Shown here piece by piece: positions 12,697-25,859 of a stretch of 64,000 bases of DNA (positions are counted from its first letter, which is position 1; the number at the start of each line of letters is the position of its first letter). Below the pieces are notes generated by a model. That model did no database searches and had not been told where the DNA came from. It saw nothing but the letters and a program-made list of their open reading frames with translations. This DNA comes from Amphiscolops sp. MND2022 (lineage: Eukaryota). The DNA lies in NCBI GenBank assembly GCA_964187785.1, contig OZ076409.1, positions 32,428,001 through 32,492,000 on the forward strand, in the 5' to 3' direction. The translations under genes were made by a program, and so were the position numbers.

Positions 12697-13599
12697 TTCG
12701 GTTTTAAAAATTTGCGGGTGGTGACGAGTCCCCAGCCCAATTTCGGGAAAACTGCTTGGGTAACTCCGGTCATATTTGGGTTCGCGCTCTTTTAAGTTGC
12801 AGGGATTGGTTCTGATAGTGCATGTTCCCTGTCATTCCTTTGTACCTTATCTTCTGGATTCCAGTAATGTTCGTAGTCTTAGGGGCACTAATCATCATGG
12901 GAAGGACTTAGAGATAAAACTTCTTGAAGTCAAGGTTTGAATCGCTAGTGGTCAAGTTCTGGCGCTGGAAATCAATCGTTCGGATATGAATGCGGACAAT
13001 GAAACCATATCTTAAAGCACATGTTAAGGAGTACAAATACGAATAATAAACCACTGCTAAATTCCACTCAATATTTTTGTTGAAAAGTTTAATCAAATAT
13101 CAAAATCAAAAAATTAAATGAACCTTTTTATGTCATCAATTGTGAGACAAAGTTCTAAACTTTAGTCCCAAATATACGAATTTTTTCTCGGTTACTTCCT
13201 CGATTGCTCGACTGGAACACGAATTTAAAAAATCAGAATCGACATCTTCTAATTAACACCTGCAAACGTCCCTTTGGGCGTGCTTCCAATGTAGCGGGTT
13301 CTGTCTTGCCATTGCCGTGCGTAGCAAAAACAGAGACAGACGCTGCTTGGTGAGCAACCTGCTGGCGATCTTGGTGTTTCCTCACAGCCGACTTAACGGT
13401 TTCGAAGTCAAAGGTGATGTCGACTAATGTGGAATACACCTCAATTGCCAGGACCTTCAGCTTTGGCAGTACGATTTCTGGGTTATATGCAACAAGCAAC
13501 ATGCAGTGACTGTGGCGTTCCAAATTCGTTGAAGGACTCACACTCTTTTTTAGTATCTTTTAAAGAAGTTAATATGATAATATTGTTATGTTTTATTGA

Positions 13600-16500
13600 T
13601 ATCAGCTGCATAGAGCAAATGACTATAGAAAGTGCGGAAAGGCAAAGCCCTGGGGAGTGCGAACGAAGCTGAGATGGATGCTCAGTGGACCATTGCCTCA
13701 ACAAGAGACAGCGAAACTCGCAACTGAAAGTCTAGTTGCAGCAGAAGTGGACCCATTAGCGGATCAAGTGAAGACTTGGTGGAGCATGGAACCGTATGCT
13801 TCCAACAACTGCGTATCTGGAAGATCCAAGGAAGACAAGGTAGCCCTCAAAGTGCTCAAGTCAACCACGAAGTTCGATGGAGAGAGGTCGGACTACTGTG
13901 GAAAAATGCAAAGCCGCATTTGCCAAACAACTACAGTTCAGCAGTAAGTCAATTGAAGTCTCTCTAGCGCCGACTGGAAAAAGATGAGAACTTGAAACAA
14001 CGCTACAAAGAGACAATTGACGTGGATGTACAAAAAAGATTTGAGAGAATTCTGGAAGGAAGTTCGGAGGCGTTTCACTAAACGATAGTTTGATGGCCGG
14101 TCCAGACCTTCTATAATCGCTGATAGAAATTATATCCAGATTGAGGGAGAATCAAATCGCCTTGACAGCAGATGTCGAAGCGATGTTTCGCCAAGTGAAA
14201 GTACACCCTGCTGATTGCAAAGTGCTCAGATTTTTGGGGAGTGAAAACAACACGGAACCTATCTCTGTGTACGAATATGGAAGGCACATTTTTGGAGCAA
14301 AGAGTTCGCCAACATGTGTCAATTACGCTTTGCAAGAAGTCGGACGAGACTGCAGAGATGAAAATGGAATTGTTGCAAAGTTGATTAACAGAAACTTCTT
14401 AATGGACGATTTTGTGAAGTCAGTAGCTTCAGAGGAAGAAGCTGTTGACGTGTACAGGAGCTTGCGAAAGTCCTTAGCAGAACGTGACTTTCAACTAACG
14501 AAATGGATTTGCAACTCAGAGAAAGTAATGGAAGAAATTCCCTCGGAAGATAGGTCAGTCTCACTAAGCAAAACATTCGAAGCTGAACCCTTGGCACCCT
14601 CAATCTTAGGACTTCAATGGAATATGGAGTCAGACAGTCTTGAGATTTGCCGCGGTTCTGGAAAAGAGGTGCCTACCAAGATCACTCAGAGAATTGTTTT
14701 ATCTTACGTATCCTTTGTGTTTGACACGTTCGGACTATTTTCCCCTTCCACAGTCAGGATGAGATTGCTGCTCAAAGGAATTTGGAAGAAACATGGGCAA
14801 TTGTGGGACGAAGAGTTATCTCCAGAAGACGGGATAGCATTCAAGGATTGGGCATCGGAGTTGAATCAGATAAGTAAAACGGCTATCAAGAGAAAATATT
14901 TATCAAAAAATGCTAAAGTAGTGGACTTACATATTTTCGCTGATGCATCCGTGGACGTCATGTGATTATTTGCCTACTTTCGAGATCAACAAACTGGATA
15001 GCTTGCCCATGTGGTAGTAGCGCCAATGAAGCAACAATCAACTCCCCGACTAGAGCTACAAGCTGCTATGTATGGAACCCGATTGAAGCAACTGATCGTA
15101 GACAAACACGACGTTGAAATTGAACGAACTTTCTTTTGGACGCATTCGACGACTGTTTTTCAATGGTTGCATGGAGCTGACAAGAAACAACCGGTGTTCG
15201 TAGCGAAGTCGCTGAAATCCTTGACAGTTCAATAATTGATCAGTGGGGACATGTCGAAAAAACCTTAAACCCTGCCGTCATTGGAACAAGAGGAAAATCT
15301 GTTCTTCAATTAGAAAAGAGTGAGTGGTTCACAGAGCCGGCATGGCTTCGAGAGGAACAAGATGTTTGTCTACGAACTTCACAGTTTTTTCAACAGAAAC
15401 AGAAGACAGAACAAGTCTTTGAAGTCGTGTCAGAAGAAAAAGACATCGATTGGGAGAAGTTTGGTTCGTTCAGAAGAATGACGCAATTCTTCACCTATTG
15501 CTTCCGGTTCGAATCAAAAATCAAAGGAAAAGTGTTAATAACAGAAGAACTGCAACAAGTGATCCGACTATTACCTAGGAAGAGCCAGATGGAAAGTTCT
15601 GGTCTAGCATATCAAGCATTGGCCGCATGTAAACCCATGGCAGCATCTGATCACTTGAACAAACTATCACCAATTACGGACGATCAGAACCTAATGCGAT
15701 TAAAGGGACAACTTTGTCATGCTGATGCGAGTTGTGACATGAAACATCGAATTTTGTTATCTGCGAAGCACCCAATAGTAAGGAAATTGATTGAAGATGA
15801 GCATGAAAATAACTATCACGAAGGAACAGAGTGAGTATGTTCGCAGTATCTTGTAGCAGAATTACTGGATAATTTGACTCCGAAACCCGCTCAGAAATGT
15901 GAAGTTGAAGTGTGTTAAGTGCAGAAAGCAACAAGTTAGAGGAGTTCAAACATTCATGGCAGACTTGCCGAAAGAAAGATTGGGAGAAAGAGTTTTTTGC
16001 CAACACTGGAGTAGACTATTTTGGACCATTCGAAGTGAGATTCATGAGGAAATCCATGAAACGATGGTGCTGTCTATTCACATGTTTAACAACAATAGCT
16101 GTGCATATTGTCGTGCCCAGCCTGGAAGCCGAAGCATTCATAGCACGAAGAGGGAAAACTAATTTCATTTTAAGTGATAATGAAACAAATTTTGTGGTCG
16201 CAGCTAGAGAAATGCGAGAATGGATAGAAGCTTGGAATCAATCAGATATTGAGCAGTCTTTGGCTCAAAAGCAAATAAAATGGAAGTTCAACCCCCCAGG
16301 TGCGCGGCAATTAGGAGGCGTTTGGGAGCGAATGGTCAGAAGCTGCAAGAAATCTACGATAGCAATAGTGGGAAACAGAACACTGACCTATGATGTACTA
16401 TCCACAAAAATGTGTCTAGTCGGGCAGATTTTGAGTTCGAGACCTCTGACTAGTGTCAGTGATGATCCTGAAGATTTTGACTCCAAACCACATCCTACTA

Positions 16501-16884
16501 GGACCCGCAAGTCCATCAACCCCATTCATTCCTGATGCTCAGAGATACACAGATCTGCAACGAGTATTAAGAGTATCACAAGCGTATGCAGACTTGATAT
16601 GGAGCAGATGGAATAGAAAATCTTTACCACAATGGAACGAGAGATCTAAATGGAACAAGGAAGAACTTAGACAAGTTGAAGTCAATGATTTGGTCTGGAT
16701 AGTAGAAGAGAATGGTAAAAGAGCACACTACAAGATAGGGCGAGTGTTAGAAGTCTATCATGGAAGCGATGGGCGAGTGAGATCTGCGCTCGTGAAACTG
16801 AAGTTGGAAAACTCAAAAGACCAGTCGAGAAACTGGCACCCTTGTTCTACGAAAGTGTTTTTCAGGAAAAAACAAGGCCGGCAA
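13600..16884 (+). mobile_element. BEL/Pao LTR retrotransposon pol (RT, RNase H, integrase), 5'-truncated and frameshifted
   Basis: RTKLRWMLSGPL; LLWKNAKPHLPNN; GPDLL; ADVEAMFRQV; FGAKSSP; RNFLMDDFVKS (RT); LHIFADAS and PRLELQAA (RNase H); H..H..CVKC, TGVDYFGP, SDNETNF, GVWERMVRS (integrase). Confidence 0.95.
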
Positions 16885-17688
16885 TGTTGGCGCCAGTCAT
16901 CAAAAGGCAGAGAAACTTGATTTGGAACATGGTGGTTGAGAAACAAGAACCTAAACTCTTCGAAATTAGATGAAAACTTGAACGAAATCCTCACCTTTCT
17001 AAATCGAAATCCCCCAGTCAGGGTTTTCTCTACAACTATTAACCATAGAGACTTGAAACTTGGCACACATATGCAAGGACACAACACGGACACACTGGTT
17101 TAGTTTCAAGGTTATCCGCCCATTAATAACCCGTTTTACCCCTCCCATGTGTGATATTCAAGGTCGTTGTGCCAATAATGTAAACATTGCTATTTACCCA
17201 TATGACCACGTTAGAATGTAACTCTGTTGCAATTGATGATATTTACTTTGTGTAAACATGCTTCTGAGCCCACCTAACCTACCTTCAAGACTCACCATGC
17301 GCTTTGTTTACACAATCAATACCTTTCATATTTCACTTAAATGTCATATATTAATACCACATATTTCAACTGTTATTTGCTCTATGTTTACTGTAGAATT
17401 GTAAACCAGATTTATACCATTATTAGATAGAGATTTTCTCGAATGAATAACTATAGTCAAGTTGGACCAAGAGACTAATTGATTAAATTCTCAATCTTCA
17501 CAACTTTTCGCTAGAGTCAGAGCGAACGAGTAGCGACTCTGATAGTTGGAGAGCCGGAGCGCGTGAAGATACTGTGAAGGAAGTGTGTGTTGGATCACAT
17601 CGGATCCAAATCAGTGCAAAGAAGAATCACAAGAGACTCCACGGGTCACATCGGATCCGCCAGCCAAAAGATACAGTCCTTTGAAACA
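16885..17688 (+). repeat. Putative 3' LTR of the BEL/Pao element
   Basis: Starts TGTTGG directly after the purine-rich ggaaaaaacaaggccggcaa at the end of pol. Right end inferred from ...ttgaAACA; there is no second LTR in the window to confirm it. Confidence 0.6.
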
Positions 17689-18160
17689 GAAAACCAGGAT
17701 TTTTTTAAGAACGGTCCACAGTACTAAGCAACGGATCGGGGCGGCGTAAAGTTTGTCAAGGATAAGGACAAGCAGCCGTTACAAAGTGGGTCCAAGTCTC
17801 ACCAACTCTAGTTTAGTAAACGCTCGCACACACATGTGTGAGAAACCGCACTTGGTCCGCACAAACTGCACAAGGTCGAACATTTACACTCACATTTTAC
17901 CAGTCGAACAAAAGCGGTCAAACTTTCACATAAATGCGGTCCATCATGCACATTCTATCTTTGACTGTCTGAGGCTAAGAAATATACGAAAAGCCACATG
18001 CCTTGGTATAACAATAACACAAACTTGACAGTGTTGTGAAGTAGCTAATTCTATGCACTTTTCGCATCTCCTAATCTAGCGATGGCGAATGATAGTTGTT
18101 CGTTCTGTATTTTGCAGTAAAAATTAGGCGATTCGCACGCATTCCTTCAATCCTTCTTCC

Positions 18161-18357
18161 TTTATGTTTTTTTTATCGAAAGTTCCCGAGAAAATTCCGG
18201 GAATTCAGAAATAAAATCCGGGAATAAAAAATCCAGAAATTCTTGAACTCAAGGGTTTTGACGTTTGGCATTTTTCTCATTCTTTAAAAACTGTTAATTC
18301 ATTCCAGCTTGAGTTTCGGAATTTTTTCGGGAACTTTCGAAAAATAAAAACATAAAC
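18161..18357. repeat. Fold-back element with ~45-bp imperfect inverted repeats
   Basis: tttatgtttttttatcgaaagttcccgagaaaattccg (from 18161) is the imperfect reverse complement of cggaattttttcgggaactttcgaaaaataaaaacataaa (~18317-18356). Confidence 0.6.
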
Positions 18358-18377
18358 ACAGCACATAAACACATAAA

Positions 18378-18816
18378 CAGAGGTGTGAACGCTAACATTT
18401 TTTTCGCTAATCGCTAATATCGCTAATGGCTTGATTTCATTCCTATTGTTACAACAAAATGGGTTCCCTGATCGCTAACGCTATATCGCTATTTAACAAA
18501 AACTGATTTTCAAGATATCGATATAAAATTTCAGATTTGTATTTTAAAAGTAACAAAATTCGAAATTTTGGGCAAAGTTTAGTTCACTTTGCGTTCTGCA
18601 CATTAAAGGGCACACTGAATAACCGTTCGAAAGAAAGTAAAAGCCAAGCCAAAGCCAATATGATGTGTTAAGTAATTCGCATTAAGTTATTGCATTAGTT
18701 AGTTTTGAATTCTTTCAGCGGATAAAAATGTTCGCTAACTATTCAATTTGTCGCTAACTATCGATATTGCTAATTCATGCTGAATTGTTGCTATCGCTAT
18801 CACTGTCACAACTCTG
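18378..18816. mobile_element. MITE-like element
   Basis: Termini CAGAGGTGTGA / TCACAACTCTG (11-bp inverted repeat, 1 mismatch), clustered cgcta subterminal repeats at both ends, no clear TSD. Confidence 0.45.
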
Positions 18817-19259
18817 TTACACAGTAGGAGTCTCTGGCGCATTTATTAGTTCCTTTACTCAAACACTAACTCTCGCGCATTTGTAGGTTCATTTACCTAA
18901 CTCCTAACGAACAAAATAAAGAAATAGTTAGATGGATGATGCTTTTAACGCTTGGATTACTTCGAAAATGGTATTCAAAAATGTTTCGAATCAAAATGAC
19001 TGACATTTCCATTTTTTAGGTTTCTAGAGGTTTGAAAATATCGAAGCAAAAGTGAATTCAGGAAACACAGAAGAGAATAAGCAGGAGCAAAAATTTCAAC
19101 AAACAAAGTCTGGTTAGCTTTTTTCGATTTTTTTGAACACGCTGGCATAAACTTTAAGCTCAAAACAGTTAAATCGATTCAGCGTTCACAAAAAATAAAA
19201 ACTGAAAGATGTTATAAATATTATTTCCTAAAAATGAAAAAGTTTTGAATTGAAAGTCT

Positions 19260-19623
19260 TTGGAATTGCATAATCCTCACTTTGTCTTTGATATCCTGCC
19301 ACTTGTGTGCATGAGATTACATCCTCATTGCTTGCAAACAGACAATTTGAACGGGCAGACGCCCTTTCATCTTTTCTTTCCGAAATTTTCTTCTCAATGC
19401 CTTTTCTTGGTCTTTCGGCCATTGTCGTCTGGGGGCACCATTAGGCCTTGCAGCAGTTGTTCTCTTCTTTCGCTTGTGCCTTCTTTGTTCGGGCATCAAC
19501 TTAATCAGACTTATCATTCTTCCCTTTTTCTTTGGTTTGATGTGATGAGTTGCGGCTTAAAGTCTCCTTCGAGTAACTCGGAAGATTTAAACCAGCAGGC
19601 TTTTCTCATTTTTCACCGGCATC
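19260..19623 (-). pseudogene. Terminal exon of the tyrosine-recombinase gene with a Myb/SANT-like motif
   Basis: RRQWPKDQEKALRRKF...GRLP.Q..CLQAM, then (shifted frame) HKWQDIKDKVRIMQ, resembling the W..EE..A...F....LP...C...W..IK..V tail of animal Crypton-like YR proteins. Acceptor ttttcag at ~19624. Confidence 0.65.
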
Positions 19624-20189
19624 CTGAAAATTTCGAAGTTTGGGGAAAATAGGAGGACACCAATACATTATTTTGCTTTAGGACTTGGAAAGAAAATTTC
19701 TCAAAACAATGGGCGCTACTATTTCAAACAAAGATTTCAAGAAGCTAAACTCCAATTCTTTCAAAATTATTAATCCAATTCGAAGTGAAATCAGTATTCT
19801 CCAACACCAGGTGTTGCTATTTCAAGAAAGACTTCAGGAAACTAAACTCCGACCCTTTTTTAATTGTTAATTCAATTCAAAGTGGAATCAGTATCCTCAA
19901 CCTGGGTATTAGTATTTCAAACAAAGCATATAAAAGAAGCTAGAGTCCAACAGTTTCCCTTTTGTTATATCAGAACGAATTGAAATTGGTGATTTCCAAC
20001 TCCGGGTGTTGCTATTTCAACTGAGCATTTAAGAATGTTGAAAAAAATGGAATTCAATATTATCAACCTTTTCGCATTTGTATTTGAATTCAAATTGATA
20101 GAGATTTTCACCGAATCGTCAAGATTCAAAGTCAGCTGGAGTGTGTCAAGGTTCCCTAGGTGGGCGTCTTTGACCTTGCCTTTGTCCGC

Positions 20190-20860
20190 AATGTATTATA
20201 AGTTGGTCATTTTTGCCAGCTTCACAGCATCAATGTGCCTCCCGTAGTACTTGTCGTGAACATTCAGGTCGTGTCCTAGGAAGTTGGTCACTCAATTTCC
20301 TTGTTTTTGTGGTGAATCCAAGAACTGGGCTGCAGTGGCATTATACTTACGGAGCATTGTATATCGGAACACTTGTTTGTCTTGCAGCTTAGACTCTTCA
20401 TCGTATTTCCTCAAAACATTTACGCTTTTGTAGAATTGTTCGCCTCCCTCTGTTTGGAAGACGTAGTTATCACTTTTCAGCCTATCATCGTTGATCATGA
20501 GGTCTATCTCTCCTATTGTTTTAGGTGGAATCAATACGGGAACATCTTTTCTACCTTTCCCAGGCAGTCGCAGCAACATGTAGTACTTTGCGAACATCAT
20601 TTCAACTTCTAAGAGCTCAAAATATTCGTAGTCCGCTGTTTTTGCTATCTGTAAAGCGAGACTTCTTTGGAAAATCATGTCTTTCTATGTTACGCCCGAA
20701 AATTGTCCATCTCGCTTCTTATTAAACCTGACAAGATCAGCCACCAGAATATGTTTAATTTTGGTGTAGTTGTGAGTCATTTTGGCCAGCAAGTCCAAAA
20801 CTTTTGCCTCAATCTTTTCTCTGAAGCGCATCATATCCGAAGTTGGAATGACTAGGTGTC
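20190..20860 (-). pseudogene. Tyrosine recombinase catalytic core (Crypton-like), with premature stops
   Basis: LVADLVRFNKKRDGQFS (first catalytic R), RLPGKGRKDVPVLI (K), YVF, TMLRKYNATAAQFL (second R), then past a stop VTNFLGHDLNVHDKYY.RH.DAVKLAKM (H and nucleophile Y). Confidence 0.9.
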
Positions 20861-21179
20861 GACTCGTTCTGTTTCTTCAGCATCCATTTAAAACATTCAA
20901 AGTATACTTTGCCAATACGAAAAAAAAATCACTTTTGAAATACGAAAATGAATGAAAGATACTACAAAAAACTAAAAAGTTGTCATAGACATGACGTACA
21001 TCTGCATTGTTCCGAAGTGGAAAATCAGTATTGTAACTTTGTTTGTTTTTGGTACTTTTAGAAATTCAGTGTGAGACGTTTTTCGTGGTGACATGAAAAG
21101 TGATCAAAAATGAAAAACTAACTCTTAATTTCGCCCGAAATTGCTGCCCATTCACTATCAAGAACTTTTAGGACTCACT

Positions 21180-22416
21180 TGCAGTATCCGAAATTGATTT
21201 CTTTTTCCACATCCTGGTTGCGTAAGAACTGAGCAGTTGGTTTCAGAGTTGATCGTCCCATTTTAGTCCTCTAGGACTTTTCGACTGTCATAACAGCTTC
21301 TTTCACTCTCAACCACCTTTCGGGAATAATGACTTCAATCAAGTATGAGCAATTGAGTTTGCATACAAGCTTGGCCTTTGTTCTCATTCTCTGGTTGATT
21401 TGAAGGTAACCCTCTTCAGCTTTTCTCTTATCAAAGATCCACTCGCCAAGGTATAGTATGTCTCATTCGTGTGAAAACATGTTGTTATTTGTTTGTATTG
21501 CTCAAAGCTATCTTTCCACTTGCCGGACAATCTGTTTGTTTTTGGCTAAACTTTGTTTTTTTTTCTAGAAAAACACCCAGACAGCTTGGACATGAGGCAC
21601 AGTCGTAATCAGATGGATTTTCAGTTACAGTGGGATCCCTAGCAACAACCAATTTGCTCTCGAAGATTTGGTTCTAGCTGCACATCTTGAAAACAGCGAT
21701 GTTGTAATCATAAGGACCTTCATAAACGATCAAGTGTGTGAGATTATCCGTCTCTATCCTCAGTTTTCTCAGTTCGGTCGCAGTTTGGTCAGTTTCCTTA
21801 CCTTCTTCAAGACCCTCAGTTTCCTTGTTAATCCTTTGAAGGTTTAAATCTCGTAGTTCTTTGCCATGTAATTTATCCCAAACAGCTTTTGCACCACAGT
21901 GGTTTTTCCTGGTTCAGAGAAAGGACAATAAGGACAACAATCCGTTTTTCTGTGTTTATTCAGAGCGACTTGAATTTTGATCTTCCGAAGAAATTTGGCA
22001 TTGAATTGGTATTGTCCCGTTTTTTGGAAGTACTGCTCCATTACCAGTTCCATTTCCTGATTGTCCATTTCTTGGGTATCCGTCGAGAGAAATTGTATCT
22101 GACTTGCAAGAACTTTCACTAATCTGACTTATACCTTCTGCATCCAAAGCATCTTCTTTGGTTTTTCCAACGGAAGGACCGCACTTCTTCTTTTTGGATC
22201 TTGTTCGTTCCAATTGTTCATCTTCCGATGGGTACTCGCTTCTCAACTTCTTCGTCCGTGTCAGCATCATCACTTTCGGAAGTGAATCGATCGCTCGACA
22301 AGTTTTCTTCGGAGACGGATGCTTTGCTTTCTTCAGCTTCCGGTTTTGGCTGTAGGTTTTGACGACACTTGGCGAGCAATTTTACAGCAATGGTTGTTCC
22401 CTTGCTGGGTGTCAAC
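21180..22416 (-). pseudogene. N-terminal region of the tyrosine-recombinase protein
   Basis: CCPYCP, GPYDYNIAV, LVVARDP..ENPSDY..CPSCLGVFSRKK and ILYLGEWIFDK...QINQRMRTKAKLV...IIPERWLRVKEAV, in the order typical upstream of this YR class. Acceptor ttttgcag at ~22417 and donor gtgagt at ~21178. Confidence 0.7.
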
Positions 22417-23024
22417 TGCAAAACAACAGAGTTTCAAAACCTTAGAATCTCTGCATTCAATTAATGTTCGCTTTATTCCGAAACATTTTTTTCCTAAAAT
22501 TATATTTTTTTACCAGACGAGGTCTTACGAAAGAAACGAAGGGGGTCATGCATTCTGATTTTTAGAGAGCTACGTCGAACATCCGACGAATGTTCGACCA
22601 AATGTGAGGAATTTTTATGTGATACGAAAGACGACTATTGAAAAAGTTGTGTTGGTTTTTGTCAAGAAAAGTGAACCAAAACTACACTAGGTTTACTTTG
22701 TGAGAGCTATCTGGAGTTGAAGAACTTTTTTTTTCTGGTAATTGTCTGACGTCAATTTTCGAACAGATTCCTCGATAGCTGAGTCTATTTTCTTCAACTT
22801 CTTGGCTTGCGGCTGTTTGTTTCATGCCAGTGTCGGCTTTTAGACAGCAGCTTTTTTCGATCTCCTCTTGCTGTTGGTAGGTGAAACGGTTCAGTTGGTC
22901 TTGATGCTCCCTGATTGGTTGATGATCTCACAGGTCCACTTTTGGAAGACAACAACGCTGCGACAGACGGCTCATGTGCTTCACTAACAGATGCCAATTC
23001 CGAAGCATGATAATCAGCGACACC

Positions 23025-23476
23025 TGGCTTGGCTTCTCCACTTTTAGCTGGTCATTTGGAGATAAGTTTCTCGCCGATATCTGGCTTGACTTCTCTACTT
23101 TTAGATGGTGGTTTCTAAGCATCTTTGTTTCTGGCAGCTGACTTGGCTTCTCCAGTTTCAGCTGGTGGTTCCAAAGCAACTTTCTCTCCGACAGCTGGCT
23201 TCGTTTTTCCACTTTTAGTTGGTGGTTTTGAGACAAGTTTGTATCCGACAGCTGACTTGGCTTCTCCAGTTTTAGCTGGTGGTTCCAAAGCAACTTTCTC
23301 TCCGACAGCTGGCTTCGCTTCTTCACACTTTTAGTTTGTTGTTTTGAAGCGAGTTTCTATTCGACAGCTGACTTGGCTTCTCCAGTTTTAGCTGGTGGTT
23401 CCAAAGCAACTTTCTCTCCGACAGCTGGCTTGGCTTCTCCATTTTTAGCTGGTGGTTTCGAAGCAAGTTTCTTTCC
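23025..23476 (-). repeat. 57-bp coding tandem repeat, ~8 units, alternating A/B pattern
   Basis: Unit ~cttggcttctccagttttagctggtggttccaaagcaactttctctccgacagctgg; 19-aa periodicity visible in ORF 22928..23326. Confidence 0.9.
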
Positions 23477-23719
23477 TCCCTGTAAAGCTTTTACTCATCC
23501 CCTGAACTATTGCTAAAAGTGATTGGAATAGCAACCCTGTGTTCGTGAGTTATCTCAACTTAATTGATCTTATACATGCCGTATAATGAAACAATCTGGC
23601 ACCTGGGAAGGACAGAAAAAGAACTTATACAGCTCGGTGAGTCTGTTCCATGCAACACCTTACTACTTTTGGTGTTAATTCTTAGTTCAATCAGCAACAC
23701 CCGGTGTTTGAATTTAATG

Positions 23720-23892
23720 ACCACTTTGTCGAACTTAAACACTACTACTTTTCACCACCTGGTTAAAATAGCAACGCCCTGTAGTTGACATTTATACCCA
23801 CTTGGTAAAATTTAAACACTACTATTTTTCACTACTTTGGTAAAATAACAACGGGGTTCGAATATTATTACCACTTGGTCGAAACTAAACAC
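23720..23892. repeat. ~75-bp tandem repeat, ~2.3 copies
   Basis: ccactt(t/g)gt...aaacact at ~23721, ~23798 and ~23871. Confidence 0.6.
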
Positions 23893-24984
23893 TCTTTTAC
23901 TTTTCGCTTCCCGTAGTTATACGAAAGATCTTTTTCAATGTTTTAAATAACTATTTGCTGTTCCCCGCTAAAGTTCAATATTAACCCGTGAAAATCCTAT
24001 TCTATAAAAACAAAAATGTTCAAAGAACCCTAGTTAAAAGTGAACTTAGGCTCCGCGACAGTTCCGAAACAGAAGAGAAAACGCTATTTTCTAAGCAAAA
24101 ACATTAACACGACGTTTTGCAGATCGCCATTGGTGGGAGCTTACCCTGTAAATTACTAAGCTTTGATGGGACGTTTAACTTGTTTGTTCGTATTGGTCAG
24201 TTTGTTTAGTCTTGTTTGTTCCTAATCACCATGTAAATTAGTGATTGCCCTTTCCTGGTTGAACCCAAATCAACAGTTTGTATGGCAAGCTCTCTCTTCA
24301 TTGTCTACCCAACTCCTTACAGGTGGATGACACTCTCCTGCTGTCATGAGTGATTATAAAAGACTATCCAGACCTTGCTAATAAATAATCGAGTGGAAAA
24401 TAACAGCAATAATTGCTGAATTGATAACTTATTGGCGTCCATTTTTAAATACCAAATATTTTTCGTTCTGCAAATTGTTTCACTATAAGTTGAACTTCCA
24501 AATACCCAATTTAAAAATCATTCAATTGGACTTCCTTGGTGGGAATTGAAAAAAACACTCGACTTTGGCCATGTGGCAATTGAATGAATTTAAGGGACCA
24601 TGTGTTCGATCCCCCAAGAGGCCGCTACCTGTAAGTTGAAAGTTGCTCATTGAGTCCTAAGGCGAAGAAAAATTGCGTTCTTCATCAAGGAACATAGTTT
24701 GAACAAAGTTTGTTTTTGAATCCCAATTTGCCAAGATGAAATTAGTTTCCAAATTGAATGTTTAAAGTGCTAAATTTTCCATTCGAACACTTTCACTGAT
24801 TTCTCAAATCAATTGGTGGAGGGTAGGCAGAAAATAACCATCTTTAGGAAGATGAAAAAGTTTTCCAACTCTTATTTTGACTGTTTTTCTGGAATCAACT
24901 AAACCATCTGACTTTCAATTACTTGACACGAATTTTGAAAAAAAACTTTACTTAACATTGTTCTACAACTTGAAAATCAAACTG

Positions 24985-25424
24985 ACTTGGAAGAATTAAA
25001 CGTGTTGCCAGGAAGATGCAATGTGATCTGCCCTCGTCGTGATGGACCTTTTTTATTCGACAGTTGGCGGCAACTGATTTGTCTTGTCGTTGATAAACCT
25101 CGCCAATCCAGAGTTCGTCTCATCGTAGGTGTCAATGAACTCAGTGTCTTTTCCCTCCTGAACTTCCATGACTTAGTCAAAGTTGGCGACTTGAGTTGCT
25201 CTCCTCGGGCCCCAAAAACTCAGTAGAAACTCTTGAGCTTCGAATTGCTTTTTCAGGAAAACCCTCTTCCAGTCGTTTCATTGGCAAAGTTGACAACCTG
25301 GACAACAAAACTCTCCGGATCCGAATAGAGGAAGTCTTCCCACCAGTCAGTTTTTCGCGCAGGACTACACGTAGACATGGTTTTTTGAAGAGCAAGAAAG
25401 GTAGAGTTTGTCACTCAGAGCAGT
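24985..25424 (-). pseudogene. SET-domain exon (copy B), frameshifted
   Basis: Homologous to 880-1319; SVAANCRIKKVHHDEGRSHCIFLATRLILP in one frame. Confidence 0.8.
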
Positions 25425-25859
25425 TCTACCAAAATAAAACATCGACAAAGCCAACGAAATATGAATTCTACAGCATTAGAATCAACAAGTAAACCGTTTA
25501 GAGTTCCACTGGAACAGTTCCATTATGTTGATACGAAATCGAAACCCAGATATCAATTGTTGGGTAAATTTTGGAATTTAGATAGAATAGAGGAAGGTGC
25601 ACAATGACAGTGTGTGTTGCTAGTAAGGAGGAAATTCAATCGAGGAAGTCTAATAATTTGTGGAATTATGGTGTCTACTTTTGATTCGGAAGATACATTA
25701 GTGAACAAAAAGCTTGTGATTCCTTTTTTGGCTCGAAAAACAAATACAAAGTTTTGAACAATTGTTGTCAGTGCTCAATAAATCAATGTCAGCTTCGAAT
25801 TGAACAAAAGGTTTCCATCTGTCTGCGATCGCTCTCATTTTCTATTTAATTTTGTTGGA

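Noticed and set aside
17753..18028. C2H2 zinc-finger gene (RTHMCEKPH resembles the HTGEKP linker)
   Set aside because: Only one linker-like motif and no correctly spaced C2H2 ligands; too weak to call.
20190..20860. DIRS/Ngaro retrotransposon or phage integrase
   Set aside because: No linked RT/RNase H in the same unit; intron-like interruptions and the FNxxRxG / LGHD..VH..YY motifs fit Crypton-like DNA elements.
23025..23476. Link between the 57-bp coding repeat and the ~57-bp intronic minisatellite
   Set aside because: Similar period only; no sequence similarity seen.
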